DNA from: Candidatus Chisholmbacteria bacterium RIFCSPHIGHO2_01_FULL_52_32
GTDB lineage: Bacteria > Patescibacteriota > Microgenomatia > UBA1400 > Chisholmbacteraceae
Assembly: GCA_001816585.1 (NCBI GenBank)
Contig: MHCJ01000003.1
Coordinates: forward strand, 220,228 to 284,227
Direction of reading: 5' to 3'
Length of the DNA stretch: 64,000 nucleotides
The notes beneath the pieces are model-generated. The model was not told where the DNA came from. It made no database searches and saw only the letters and a program-made list of their open reading frames with translations. How positions within the stretch are numbered: position 1 is the first letter of the stretch; every line of letters starts with the position of its first letter. Positions 38,270-46,466 of the stretch are shown here, in pieces. Both the position numbers and the translations under genes were made by a program.

Positions 38270-39169
38270 CTACATTTTCAGCAGCGCATCGACAACCTTG
38301 CGTTTTTTTAGGCTTGCCCCAATGGTACGTCGTTGGTCCTCGGTACTCAACCTTTCCCGGAGTTTTTCATCCCCTACAGCCTTAATGAGTTCGTCAATTT
38401 CTTCCTTTGTGATCGTGATTTGGAGATCGATCGCGATTTCGTTTAAGATAAGCTCAAGCTTGATCTCTTCTTCCGCTCTGGTTCTGTACTCCGTACGGAG
38501 CTGATCGCTGGTTTTCCCTAAGGAAGTAAGATACTGGTCGAGCGACAAATCGAGCCTTTGCAGTTGTTCGATAAGGTGGGTCAGGGAGTGGTTGAGTTCG
38601 TCTTCAATCAGGATTTCAGGTACCGGTATTGAAATTGCCGAGAGTAAGGCTTGGAATATTTTGGCGAGCTTCTCATCGGTTGACGGTTGGGAAGGAGCGT
38701 TTTTGGGTTGGGTTGATCCAGGTTGTTCAGGTGACGGCTGGTCTTTTCCGGGGACCCAGATTTTCGCAGTGGCCAGAGCCCCTGAAACCACTTTCCTATA
38801 ATTTCCCAGGGTAAACGGAGGTTTTTCTGCGAGCGTGACCGTCAGTGTCCAATCCTGTCCTTCCTCGATCTTTTGGGGTTCGATTTTTGGACTTGCGATG
38901 GGCTTTAGGTTAAGCCGATTTACCTCTTTTAAGTATGCCTCTGGGAGAACCCGTTTGAGTACGGTGGTGTAGAGCTGTTGTTTCCCAACCTTTTCCTCAA
39001 CAAGATTGGTTGGGGCTTTGCCTTTCCGAAACCCACTTACTTCCGTATTTTTCGTGGCATCTGTCAAGACCTTTTCGTACTCTGAAGCGACCGTATCTTT
39101 GGGGATGACGAGCTCAAAGACCGCTGTCCCATCCGGTTTTTTGTTTATTTCTGTCGCGTCTGTTGGCAT
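38270..39169 (-). CDS. tig: Trigger factor, short form without FKBP PPIase domain
   Basis: GFRKGKAP ribosome-binding signature; C-terminal domain PEILIEDE..LDQYL..KLELILNEIA. Confidence 0.88.
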   Translation of the reverse strand: MPTDATEINKKPDGTAVFELVIPKDTVASEYEKVLTDATKNTEVSGFRKGKAPTNLVEEKVGKQQLYTTVLKRVLPEAYLKEVNRLNLKPIASPKIEPQKIEEGQDWTLTVTLAEKPPFTLGNYRKVVSGALATAKIWVPGKDQPSPEQPGSTQPKNAPSQPSTDEKLAKIFQALLSAISIPVPEILIEDELNHSLTHLIEQLQRLDLSLDQYLTSLGKTSDQLRTEYRTRAEEEIKLELILNEIAIDLQITITKEEIDELIKAVGDEKLRERLSTEDQRRTIGASLKKRKVVDALLKM

Positions 39170-39189
39170 TTCTGGTTCGTTTTGGGAAA

Positions 39190-39336
39190 CTACCTGGATT
39201 TCGGACTCCCCTTCTTCATTGGTGCGAACTCGGCTTTTAAAATATTTTTCTCATATTTTATCGTTCTCCTGAACCAGTTTGGAGTGCGATAGGCCAGTTT
39301 ATCCCTGCCTTTGATCTTTGAGTAAAACTTCGGCAT
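39190..39336 (-). CDS. Small basic hypothetical protein
   Basis: 48-aa Lys/Arg-rich ORF between tRNA-Leu and tig. Confidence 0.35.
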   Translation of the reverse strand: MPKFYSKIKGRDKLAYRTPNWFRRTIKYEKNILKAEFAPMKKGSPKSR

Positions 39337-39397
39337 TCGGTACCTTTCTTTGGGTAAAGATCGCTTTGTGTGTATGCAAAAGCCCTTAAATATGGAG

Positions 39398-39480
39398 TGC
39401 CGCAGGGAGGATTTGAACCTCCATGGGATTTCTCCCACACGGTTCTAAGCCGTGCCTGTCTGCCATTCCAGCACTGCGGC
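39398..39480 (-). tRNA. tRNA-Leu(TAG)
   Basis: Anticodon arm CACGG-CTTAGAA-CCGTG, long variable arm, T loop GTTCAAA. Confidence 0.95.
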
Positions 39481-39555
39481 TGGTTTTCTCATTTTACCCT
39501 GGCGAAGGGAAAGAGACAAGTGGTGTGTATTCCGTGTGTAGAAATGTAATCCCAT

Positions 39556-39597
39556 AAAAAAACCCCAAAGTACTCCCCGGTGAGGGATTACTTCAGG
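39556..39597 (-). terminator. Intrinsic terminator
   Basis: Hairpin CCTGAAGTAATCCCT-CA-CCGGGGAGTACTTTGGGG followed by T7 on the minus strand. Confidence 0.6.
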
Positions 39598-39660
39598 ATC
39601 TGCGCGATATTATATCTATTTCTATAGGGTTGTCAAGAACCTTTCTGTATTGGACTGTTT

Positions 39661-40272
39661 TTAAAAATTTCCAGTGGTTAACTCTTCGATAAACTGATCG
39701 ACACCGCTTGCCCATGAGCCATTGGAGAATGGTGTGTACGTCCGCATGATATCTTCCGGGTCGGTCAGTCCTCGCTCGAGATATTTATTGCTCAAACCCT
39801 TAAGGACCGTTTCGATACCCTCTTCCCAGGAGGTGAAGCAGAGTGTTCCTCTGGAATGGATGCCATATCCCCAGGCGTTGTAGCAATCGCTTGACGGCAT
39901 TTTTTTCCCAAGGTTTGATTCCTGCTGGGCAATTGCGATGAAAAGGTATGGATCAACGTCGTAGCGCTCTGCCGCTTGCACGATGAACTGCCCGTATCCG
40001 GCAAGAGGAGAATCGTAGCGCGTCAGGTACTGGTCAATCATCACCGGCCTGGCATCTTCTATCTGAACCGCTGTTTTTATGGTTGTTGACGCTTGCGGGA
40101 TGGCTGCGTATGCCAGGAACGGTGTTTGAGACGAAAGCACCTGGCGCGCCTGGACCTTTACAAGGGACTCGAGGTCCTTGGTTCTTACCAACTGTTCATA
40201 CATCCGCAGGCTAGTGAAAATGGTGAGAAGAGTGATGGGGAACCAACTGATGAAAAGAACAAGTTTTTTCAT
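39661..40272 (-). CDS. Membrane-anchored glucosaminidase/lysozyme-like peptidoglycan hydrolase
   Basis: AAERYDVDP, AIAQQESNLGK, YNAWGYG, FTSWEEGI, YTP. Confidence 0.8.
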   Translation of the reverse strand: MKKLVLFISWFPITLLTIFTSLRMYEQLVRTKDLESLVKVQARQVLSSQTPFLAYAAIPQASTTIKTAVQIEDARPVMIDQYLTRYDSPLAGYGQFIVQAAERYDVDPYLFIAIAQQESNLGKKMPSSDCYNAWGYGIHSRGTLCFTSWEEGIETVLKGLSNKYLERGLTDPEDIMRTYTPFSNGSWASGVDQFIEELTTGNF

Positions 40273-40411
40273 ACGGCAGGCTGACTGGGTATGGGAATTT
40301 TCCTGTCCATTTGTGATAAGAGGATCTTGCCGTATCCTGACATATCGTGATACGGAATGTCAAGCGATTTGAAGTTTTTTTAGGTTAAAGGGCTTTGTTT
40401 CGGCGGAAGGA

Positions 40412-40708
40412 TTATAAGGAGAGCTTTTTTAAAAGCCTTCGGAAGAGCGATGGTTTGCGGGTTTCTTTTTCCTGTTTTGTCCACACGGAAAGGATGACCC
40501 ATTCTTCTTTCTCATTCTTTTTTGCCACGACCCGCATGGACTGGTTTTCCCATGTCTTCTTGTATACCCAGGCACCTTTGATCCGGGCGTATTCGGAGAG
40601 ATCGGGATTTCTCCATGTAGCCCAGGCGTCTGACTGTTTGATGCCCCGTTTTCGCATCCGATCGAGCGCATGGTTTGTCCAGATGACACCGCCGAAATGT
40701 TGGTCCAT
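40412..40708 (-). CDS. DUF4258-like small protein (RelE-fold family)
   Basis: WTNHALDRMRKRGI..PD pattern, C-terminal VILSVW. Confidence 0.65.
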   Translation of the reverse strand: MDQHFGGVIWTNHALDRMRKRGIKQSDAWATWRNPDLSEYARIKGAWVYKKTWENQSMRVVAKKNEKEEWVILSVWTKQEKETRKPSLFRRLLKKLSL

Positions 40709-40741
40709 AAGGTGTGGGAGTGATTGAACGAGCTTTTCCTT

Positions 40742-40816
40742 TGGTGAGCCGCACAGGGGTCGAACCTGTAACCTACTGCTTAAGAGGCAGTTGCTCTACC
40801 ATTGAGCTAGCGGCCC
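40742..40816 (-). tRNA. tRNA-Lys(CTT)
   Basis: Anticodon arm ACTGC-CTCTTAA-GCAGT, encoded CCA. Confidence 0.95.
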
Positions 40817-40878
40817 AGTACAGATACTTGTCTTTTGTCTTTAGCCAATAGCCACGAGCTATGAGCTGATTGCTGACT

Positions 40879-40954
40879 TGGCGCTCCCGGCGTGATTTGA
40901 ACACGCAACCTCCTGTTCCGAAGACAGGCGCTCTATCCGTTGAGCTACGGGAGC
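40879..40954 (-). tRNA. tRNA-Arg(TCG)
   Basis: Anticodon arm CCTGT-CTTCGGA-ACAGG, encoded CCA. Confidence 0.95.
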
Positions 40955-40958
40955 TTTG

Positions 40959-41031
40959 TGCCGAGGGCAGGAGTTGAACCCGCATCTCGTGTTTTTCAGA
41001 CACGCGCCGTGACCACCTTGGCTACCTCGGC
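40959..41031 (-). tRNA. tRNA-Phe(GAA)
   Basis: Anticodon arm CGTGT-CTGAAAA-ACACG. Confidence 0.95.
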
Positions 41032-41082
41032 CAGTTAAAACACTGGTTATTGAAACCTATCTCTTTTTAAAAAGCTACTATG

Positions 41083-41156
41083 TGGTCGCTGCAGGGATCG
41101 AACCTGCGACCTTGCGGATGTAAACCGCACGCTCTAACCGGCTGAGCTAAGCGACC
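41083..41156 (-). tRNA. tRNA-Val(TAC)
   Basis: Anticodon arm TGCGG-TTTACAT-CCGCA. Confidence 0.95.
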
Positions 41157-41161
41157 TCATG

Positions 41162-41245
41162 TGCCGAGGAGAGGACTCGAACCTCCAAGGGATTTCTCCC
41201 ACAGCCTCCTCAAGACTGCGCGTCTGCCAATTTCGCCACCTCGGC
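41162..41245 (-). tRNA. tRNA-Leu(GAG)
   Basis: Anticodon arm CAGTC-TTGAGGA-GGCTG, long variable arm. Confidence 0.95.
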
Positions 41246-41267
41246 ATAATACGAAAACATGATTTTG

Positions 41268-41351
41268 TGGGCAAGAGAGGACTCGAACCTCCAAGGACTT
41301 TCGTCCATACGGTCCTGAACCGTACGCGTCTGCCAATTCCGCCACTTGCCC
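41268..41351 (-). tRNA. tRNA-Leu(CAG)
   Basis: Anticodon arm TACGG-TTCAGGA-CCGTA, long variable arm. Confidence 0.95.
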
Positions 41352-41423
41352 AGGAGCAAGTTCCAATTATATCATCGTCTTTTCTCTGGGACAAATTGGT
41401 TATCAGGAATTCGATAGGCAATA

Positions 41424-42158
41424 CTAGGAGCTTGAAGGCAGTCTCAATCGTCGGGCTGTTTTGGGGAACTTATTTCTGAAGGCTTCGATGACAAGTGAAG
41501 CTGCGTTCTCAATCGTCATAGAGGTGGTGTTAATCACGATGTCGTAATAATTGGGGCTAGAAACATCTTTTCCGAAGTACTGACGGATGAATTCTTTCCT
41601 CTTCTTGTCGGTTTCACGGATGACATTGATTGCTTTTTCTCTGTTGATGTGTTCGAACTTGACTGCCCGTTCGACGCGTACGAGGTAGGGCGCGCATATC
41701 CGAACGTGAAGACCCTTGCTAAACGGTGTAATAAAATTTGCACCTCTGCCGAGGATAACAACTTCTCCTCGAATTGCGGCAGAGAGAACGATAGAAGAAA
41801 GCGAATGAATATATCGGATGTCTGAAACATAGTCCGGGTTGAAGGTTGAATGAATGATATCGTCTATCGCGGTTCGGCTGTGTTCGTCAATTGACTCAAG
41901 GAGTGCGCGCCTTTGGTGCACATTCTTTGCCACATCCTCGATGATCTTGCGGTCATAAAGGGTGAAGCCGAGACGTTTGGCAACGAGGGATGCGACTGGT
42001 TTGCCTCCGCTCCCCGGCTCCCTGGAGATGGTGATGAAGGGCTTCTTGAATCGCCCGGATGGTGACTCCGTTTCTTCTTGCAGCTCGCTGCGTTTCAGGC
42101 GTACAAAGGGTGCAGAGCTGAGGACTTTATTGATCAGGCGGCCATAAAAATGGTGCAT
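41424..42158 (-). CDS. Cytidylate kinase-like family protein
   Basis: ITISREPGSGG, LGFTLYD, VILGRGA, DKKRKEF, YDIVINT. Confidence 0.88.
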   Translation of the reverse strand: MHHFYGRLINKVLSSAPFVRLKRSELQEETESPSGRFKKPFITISREPGSGGKPVASLVAKRLGFTLYDRKIIEDVAKNVHQRRALLESIDEHSRTAIDDIIHSTFNPDYVSDIRYIHSLSSIVLSAAIRGEVVILGRGANFITPFSKGLHVRICAPYLVRVERAVKFEHINREKAINVIRETDKKRKEFIRQYFGKDVSSPNYYDIVINTTSMTIENAASLVIEAFRNKFPKTARRLRLPSSS

Positions 42159-42244
42159 TTGGAAAGACGATACACAGTTTAGCGGTTCTGGTCAATGCTC
42201 CGTCGTTACACCAGATACCTATCTTTTGTTATAATGCGGGAGAT

Positions 42245-42316
42245 GCGGGTGTGGTGTACCGGTAACACGACTCCTTGCCAAGGAGTAAACAGAGGGTTCG
42301 ATTCCCTTCACCCGCT
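42245..42316 (+). tRNA. tRNA-Gly(GCC)
   Basis: GCGGGTG/CACCCGC acceptor stem, ACTCC-TTGCCAA-GGAGT anticodon arm, U73. Confidence 0.95.
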
Positions 42317-42317
42317 C

Positions 42318-42477
42318 TGGTTCGACAGGCTCACCATTCGCGTGAGGCTGTCGAAGCAAATTGATGAAGGGATGAGAAGTTTACCTCTTCGAGCCTGAGC
42401 GATTCGACTGAGCTCATCGTAGATAACCTCAGAGCCGAAAGCCTGAGTGAAATCGAAGGGATTCCCTTCACCCGCTC
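42318..42477 (+). mobile_element. Non-coding tRNA-attached mini-element with duplicated tRNA 3' end
   Basis: 18-nt direct repeat GATTCCCTTCACCCGCTC (42300-42317, 42460-42477); TTCGACAGGCTCA left end, CCTGAGTGAAATCGAAGG right end. Confidence 0.6.
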
Positions 42478-43540
42478 ACTTGTTGTTCCTTCGAAGTCCG
42501 TAGCGCGTTTCGGCTGCGCTTATGAGAGTTTTTATCAGCTCATCATAATCCATCCCCGCTACACGGGCGGCGAACGGAAAATAGGAACTTTTTGAGACCT
42601 CTGGGGGAGTTAGCCCCGGCGGAGAGTTGATTTCGAGGAAAAACGGATTTTCCTCTTCATCGCAGCGGATATCGATTCGGGAGAGATCTTTGATGTCCAA
42701 TGCCTCCCAGATTTGTCTACCCATGTTCTCCAATTTTCCGCGGAGTCTGGTATCGATTTTGGCGGGACAGAGGAGATGGTCGCTATCTTTTTCTTCTTCC
42801 ACGTACCATTTCACTTCGAGGGAATCGAGCGGTTGGTAGCCTTTGGGTAAGTGTGCGTGGTTTGATTCGATAATCGGGAGAAATTTTGGCGGATTGCCAA
42901 GCATTGCAATAGAGAATTCCCTGCCTGTCAGGAATGGCTCAACGAGGGCGGGTTCGTGAAATGTTTTTAGAATCAGAGTTACCTGCTTTTTCAACTCGGC
43001 ATCGCTTCGGACGACGCTGTCGTTTGTTATCCCGGCTGAAGAACCTTGACCAACCGGTTTGACGATGAGCGGATAAGAGAGACGGCTTTCCCGCTTGTCG
43101 TCTGGGGAGCTGAACAGTTGGTACGGGAGCGTCGGTATTCCGTACGCCTTGCAAAGCTGTTTGGCTTTTGCCTTGTTCATCACCAGCGCTTGGGTTAACG
43201 GAGAGGCGCCGGTATAGGGAATACCTAGCATTTCACACATCGCCGGGATGTGGGCGTAACGATCTTTACCGTGTATCCCGAGGGAATAGTTCAATGCCAG
43301 GTAAATTTCATATCTGTGGCTGTAAAGCGACAGGTAGGCTTTCTCGTCGGCTTCTATTTGCAGGACGTTGTAGCCCACGTGTTTGAGGTGGCTCACCATC
43401 TCCTCGATAGCTTGTGGGTCATCGTAGTCCGCTTCTGTGTACGTTGAGGGGTCTTTAGGGTCCGGATAGCGGTGCCTGACGTTATACAAGAATGCGATGA
43501 GGCGTTTGTTCACGGGTTTGCGGGTAGTTGCCATGTCCAT
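42476..43540 (-). CDS. D-alanine--D-alanine ligase-like ATP-grasp enzyme
   Basis: LGIPYTG, PLIVKPVGQGSSAGI, ALVEPFLTGREF, RIDIR, LEINSPPG. Confidence 0.85.
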   Translation of the reverse strand: MDMATTRKPVNKRLIAFLYNVRHRYPDPKDPSTYTEADYDDPQAIEEMVSHLKHVGYNVLQIEADEKAYLSLYSHRYEIYLALNYSLGIHGKDRYAHIPAMCEMLGIPYTGASPLTQALVMNKAKAKQLCKAYGIPTLPYQLFSSPDDKRESRLSYPLIVKPVGQGSSAGITNDSVVRSDAELKKQVTLILKTFHEPALVEPFLTGREFSIAMLGNPPKFLPIIESNHAHLPKGYQPLDSLEVKWYVEEEKDSDHLLCPAKIDTRLRGKLENMGRQIWEALDIKDLSRIDIRCDEEENPFFLEINSPPGLTPPEVSKSSYFPFAARVAGMDYDELIKTLISAAETRYGLRRNNK

Positions 43541-44621
43541 TACCGTCCGGTGTCGGTAGTACCTTTGTTCCGACTCCCGTTGCGTCACGCATGGTATTTA
43601 ACAGCAGTCTTTTGAGAATTTCCACAAAAGAAATTCCGTACAGATTCAGGATGTTTGCAAGCGCGCAATCCACTTCTTTCGGGCCGAAGGCCGGATTGGA
43701 GTTTGCGTCGATGAAAAAGTAGCGTCCGGAGCTGTCCATGCGAACGTCAAACTTTCCGTAATCGGCCATTTTCGTAATCTCAAATGCCCGTTTGACGTAC
43801 GCTTTCAACAGCTCATCATGATACCGTTGATAGTGGAACGATTCATCTCCGTGCAGTAACCATTGGTCCTCAAAGGTTGAGAAGACGTACTGTTGGTTTT
43901 CTTTATGGAAGACTTTTTCAGCCAGGTATACTTTCTTGTTTAAGCCTTCAAGGAGCATACCGGTAATTTCACGGCCGACAATAAACTCTTCGACTAAGAC
44001 CGGCTGGTCGTATGTTTGGGTTAAGAATTTGATGCGATCGCGGAGGTGTTTCTCGTTTTCCGAGATTGCGTCCACGGTTATTTCAACGCCGCCGTGGATT
44101 TCGTTTAACTTGGAGATAAGGGGAAAGCGAAGCGTTGGATCGAGTGGGTCATTGGGCGTGTTGAATAGCTGGTTGTTCGGTACGGGAACGCCGTACTGTT
44201 GGAGGAGTTTTTTGACCAAAAACTTGTTGTAGTCAAGTGACTCTCCCAAGATTCCGGCTCCGGTATAGGATATTCCCAACAATTCGAGCACAGCGGGAAT
44301 GGTTGATGCCAAGTATTCGTTTCCTTTGACGGAACCGACCAAATTCATGACGATATCAGGCTTATCGCGGCGAAGCTTTTGCGGGAGCAGAGCATCTCCG
44401 GGGTAAAGCTCGGTTCGGATGCCCATCTTTTCCAAGTAGCTTACGATGATTTTCGCATCATGGAGTGCGTCTTTTTCCGTGAGGTACTGCGCTTCTGTGG
44501 GAAAGTATTCTCGCTTGACTTCGCTATAGGTGACTGCGACTTTCTTTGGAAGCTCAAGGGGAGTTTTGCCGTTTTGGGTCGTTGGCTGGCTGGGCGGTTT
44601 GTCTTCGGTGTCTGCGTTCAT
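43482..44621 (-). CDS. Second D-Ala-D-Ala ligase-like ATP-grasp enzyme (divergent)
   Basis: LELLGISYTGAG, PLISKLNEIHGG, VLVEEFIVGREI, KFDVR, IDANSNP. Confidence 0.82.
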   Translation of the reverse strand: MNADTEDKPPSQPTTQNGKTPLELPKKVAVTYSEVKREYFPTEAQYLTEKDALHDAKIIVSYLEKMGIRTELYPGDALLPQKLRRDKPDIVMNLVGSVKGNEYLASTIPAVLELLGISYTGAGILGESLDYNKFLVKKLLQQYGVPVPNNQLFNTPNDPLDPTLRFPLISKLNEIHGGVEITVDAISENEKHLRDRIKFLTQTYDQPVLVEEFIVGREITGMLLEGLNKKVYLAEKVFHKENQQYVFSTFEDQWLLHGDESFHYQRYHDELLKAYVKRAFEITKMADYGKFDVRMDSSGRYFFIDANSNPAFGPKEVDCALANILNLYGISFVEILKRLLLNTMRDATGVGTKVLPTPDGNGHGNYPQTREQTPHRILV

Positions 44622-44753
44622 TGTTCAATTCTCTTTTTCGTGTACTATCCATAATTTATTCATTTTTCACAATTGTCAAGTAGGAATATTGGAAGAATCC
44701 TGATAAAATATACTCGTTTCAAAGTATTTGCGTAGTGGTGGAGCTGGAGTCAT

Positions 44754-44824
44754 TGGGAGGTCGTCTAACGGTAGGACATCAGGTTTTGGACCTGAGTATC
44801 GGGGTTCGAATCCCTGCCTCCCAG
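44754..44824 (+). tRNA. tRNA-Gln(TTG)
   Basis: TGGGAGG/CCTCCCA acceptor stem, TCAGG-TTTTGGA-CCTGA anticodon arm. Confidence 0.95.
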
Positions 44825-44826
44825 CA

Positions 44827-44927
44827 CTTCGACAAGCTCAGTGCTTTAGCACCGGGGTTGTAGAAGCATTGGCAGGGATGAGAAGTTGACCCTGAGTGAA
44901 ATCGAAGGGAATCCCTGCCTCCCAGCA
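44827..44927 (+). mobile_element. Non-coding tRNA-attached mini-element with duplicated tRNA 3' end
   Basis: 19-nt direct repeat GAATCCCTGCCTCCCAGCA (44808-44826, 44909-44927); TTCGACAAGCTCAG left end, CCTGAGTGAAATCGAAGG right end. Confidence 0.6.
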
Positions 44928-44933
44928 TCACTT

Positions 44934-45017
44934 GCCGCGGTGCTGGAATTGGCAGACAGGCCAGACTTAAAATCTGGTGACCGCAAGGTCGTGTGGGTTC
45001 GACTCCCTCCCGCGGCA
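44934..45017 (+). tRNA. tRNA-Leu(TAA)
   Basis: CCAGA-CTTAAAA-TCTGG anticodon arm, long variable arm. Confidence 0.95.
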
Positions 45018-45121
45018 CAAATGACTTAAAACTTAAAACTGAAGACTTAAGACGCAAAACGAAAGAGGAGCATGACATTTAGTATTTGGTCTTTCCTGTT
45101 AAGTTGACTATAAGGCAATCG

Positions 45122-45356
45122 CGGAGAGTGGAGCAGCTGGTAGGACGCCCCGTGAGATAAAGAAGTTAAGCGTATCACTATTACAATTTCGGAGCGTAGT
45201 TCATCGGTAGAACGCTCGGTTTGGGACCGAGAGGTAGTGGGTTCAATTCCCTCCGCTCCGACCAATTAATTTTGGTGAGTAGAGCCAGTGTTCGAGTCTC
45301 GACCTCCAACATTGTATCTCACGGGGAGGTCCCGGGTTCGAATCCCGGCTCTCCGA
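45122..45356 (+). pseudogene. Split outer Pro-type tRNA enclosing tRNA-Pro(TGG)
   Basis: 5' half CGGAGAG-TG-GAGCAGCTGGTAGGAC-G-CCCCG (45122-45152) and 3' half CGGGG-AGGTC-CCGGG-TTCGAAT-CCCGG-CTCTCCG-A (45322-45356) give a 7-bp acceptor stem; 12-bp inverted repeat CCCCGTGAGATA/TATCTCACGGGG. Confidence 0.7.
45190..45264 (+). tRNA. tRNA-Pro(TGG)
   Basis: CGGAGCG/CGCTCCG acceptor stem, CTCGG-TTTGGGA-CCGAG anticodon arm, encoded CCA. Confidence 0.93.
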
Positions 45357-45361
45357 CATCG

Positions 45362-45403
45362 TATCTACCGGGGGGGTCGTCAGTTCAAATCTGACATCCC
45401 CGA
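45362..45403 (+). pseudogene. Orphan 3' half of a Pro-type tRNA
   Basis: GTCAG-TTCAAAT-CTGAC T arm then ATCCCCG-A, preceded by TATCTACCGGGG. Confidence 0.65.
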
Positions 45404-45434
45404 CATTGCTCATGCTTTGCTCAGTGTTATTGGC

Positions 45435-46466
45435 TCAAAGTCCCCGTTTTTCCCTTCGTATTTTTTCTATGAAATAGGTTATCCAATATCGGGGAGAGAG
45501 TACGTAGTCCTTTGCGTGAACGTACGTTTCCGCATACCCTCCGAATCCCTGTTTAAATAGAGTAATACCCGCCCATGGATGATTAGGTTCATTTTCCGGG
45601 GCAATACCCCAAAAGTTATAGCGTTTTAGGCCGCTCTTTTTTGCTTCACGGATAGCTTCCCATTGCAGCAGAGCGGACGCGGGGACGCTCGGGTACTTTT
45701 GGCTTGAGGCGCCGTGATGGTAAAAGGCGCTTCCGTTACTTTTGATTACCATTGCTCCCGAAACAATTTCCCGGTTGTACTTTGCAAAGAACCACATTGC
45801 CTGACCGTCTTTTCGGAAAACCTCAAATTCCGTTGTGAGGTACTGTTCGGAGAACGGGGTAAACCGCTGACGGTCGACGGTGGTTCCGTAGAGAGGGAAA
45901 AAACGTAGGCTGTGTTTCGGATTATCGCTTTGTATTATTCGGACGCCGTCTCTTTGGGCTTTACGGATTGAATATCGAGTCGTTTTTCGCATGCTTTTTA
46001 AAAGTTCCTCTTCACTTGGCCGTAAATCGAGAATCCAAGAACGCTCCGCATGCATATGGGTAGGAGCGTTGCGAAATCCAAGAGAAAGGAAGAGCTTTTC
46101 GTTGTCATCCGCGGCCTCCATCAGCGGGCTTACTCTCACGAACGAGCAATTTTCTTTTCTTGCGATCAGTTTCCCTTCACTGAGAAATTTTTTGATGTCT
46201 GTTTTTCTTTCCTCAAGCGACCGCGCTTTGAAGATCGGGCCGTGCGGACAAAAAAGAAATGTTCCCCGGCGGGCGGGGATTTTTATGAACAAGGCAACGG
46301 CAATGAGGCCATTCTTTTTGCTTATGCCTAAACGGAAGATTTTGTAGCCAAGTTTTTTATGGAATTCTCCCCAATTCCATGAATGCAGGAACGTGTTTGG
46401 GGCTTGGGATTCCATGAACACTTCCCACTTCGATTTGGAATCAATTGGAGAGAGTGCCGTAGTCAG
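45435..46466 (-). CDS. FemAB/FemX-family aminoacyl-tRNA-dependent peptidoglycan bridge transferase
   Basis: FLHSWNWG, PHGP, ILDL, MRKTTRYSIRKA, YHHGAS, LLQWEAI, LFKQGFGG; start probably CTG 46466 (GTG 46421 in ORF track). Confidence 0.9.
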   Translation of the reverse strand: MTTALSPIDSKSKWEVFMESQAPNTFLHSWNWGEFHKKLGYKIFRLGISKKNGLIAVALFIKIPARRGTFLFCPHGPIFKARSLEERKTDIKKFLSEGKLIARKENCSFVRVSPLMEAADDNEKLFLSLGFRNAPTHMHAERSWILDLRPSEEELLKSMRKTTRYSIRKAQRDGVRIIQSDNPKHSLRFFPLYGTTVDRQRFTPFSEQYLTTEFEVFRKDGQAMWFFAKYNREIVSGAMVIKSNGSAFYHHGASSQKYPSVPASALLQWEAIREAKKSGLKRYNFWGIAPENEPNHPWAGITLFKQGFGGYAETYVHAKDYVLSPRYWITYFIEKIRREKRGL

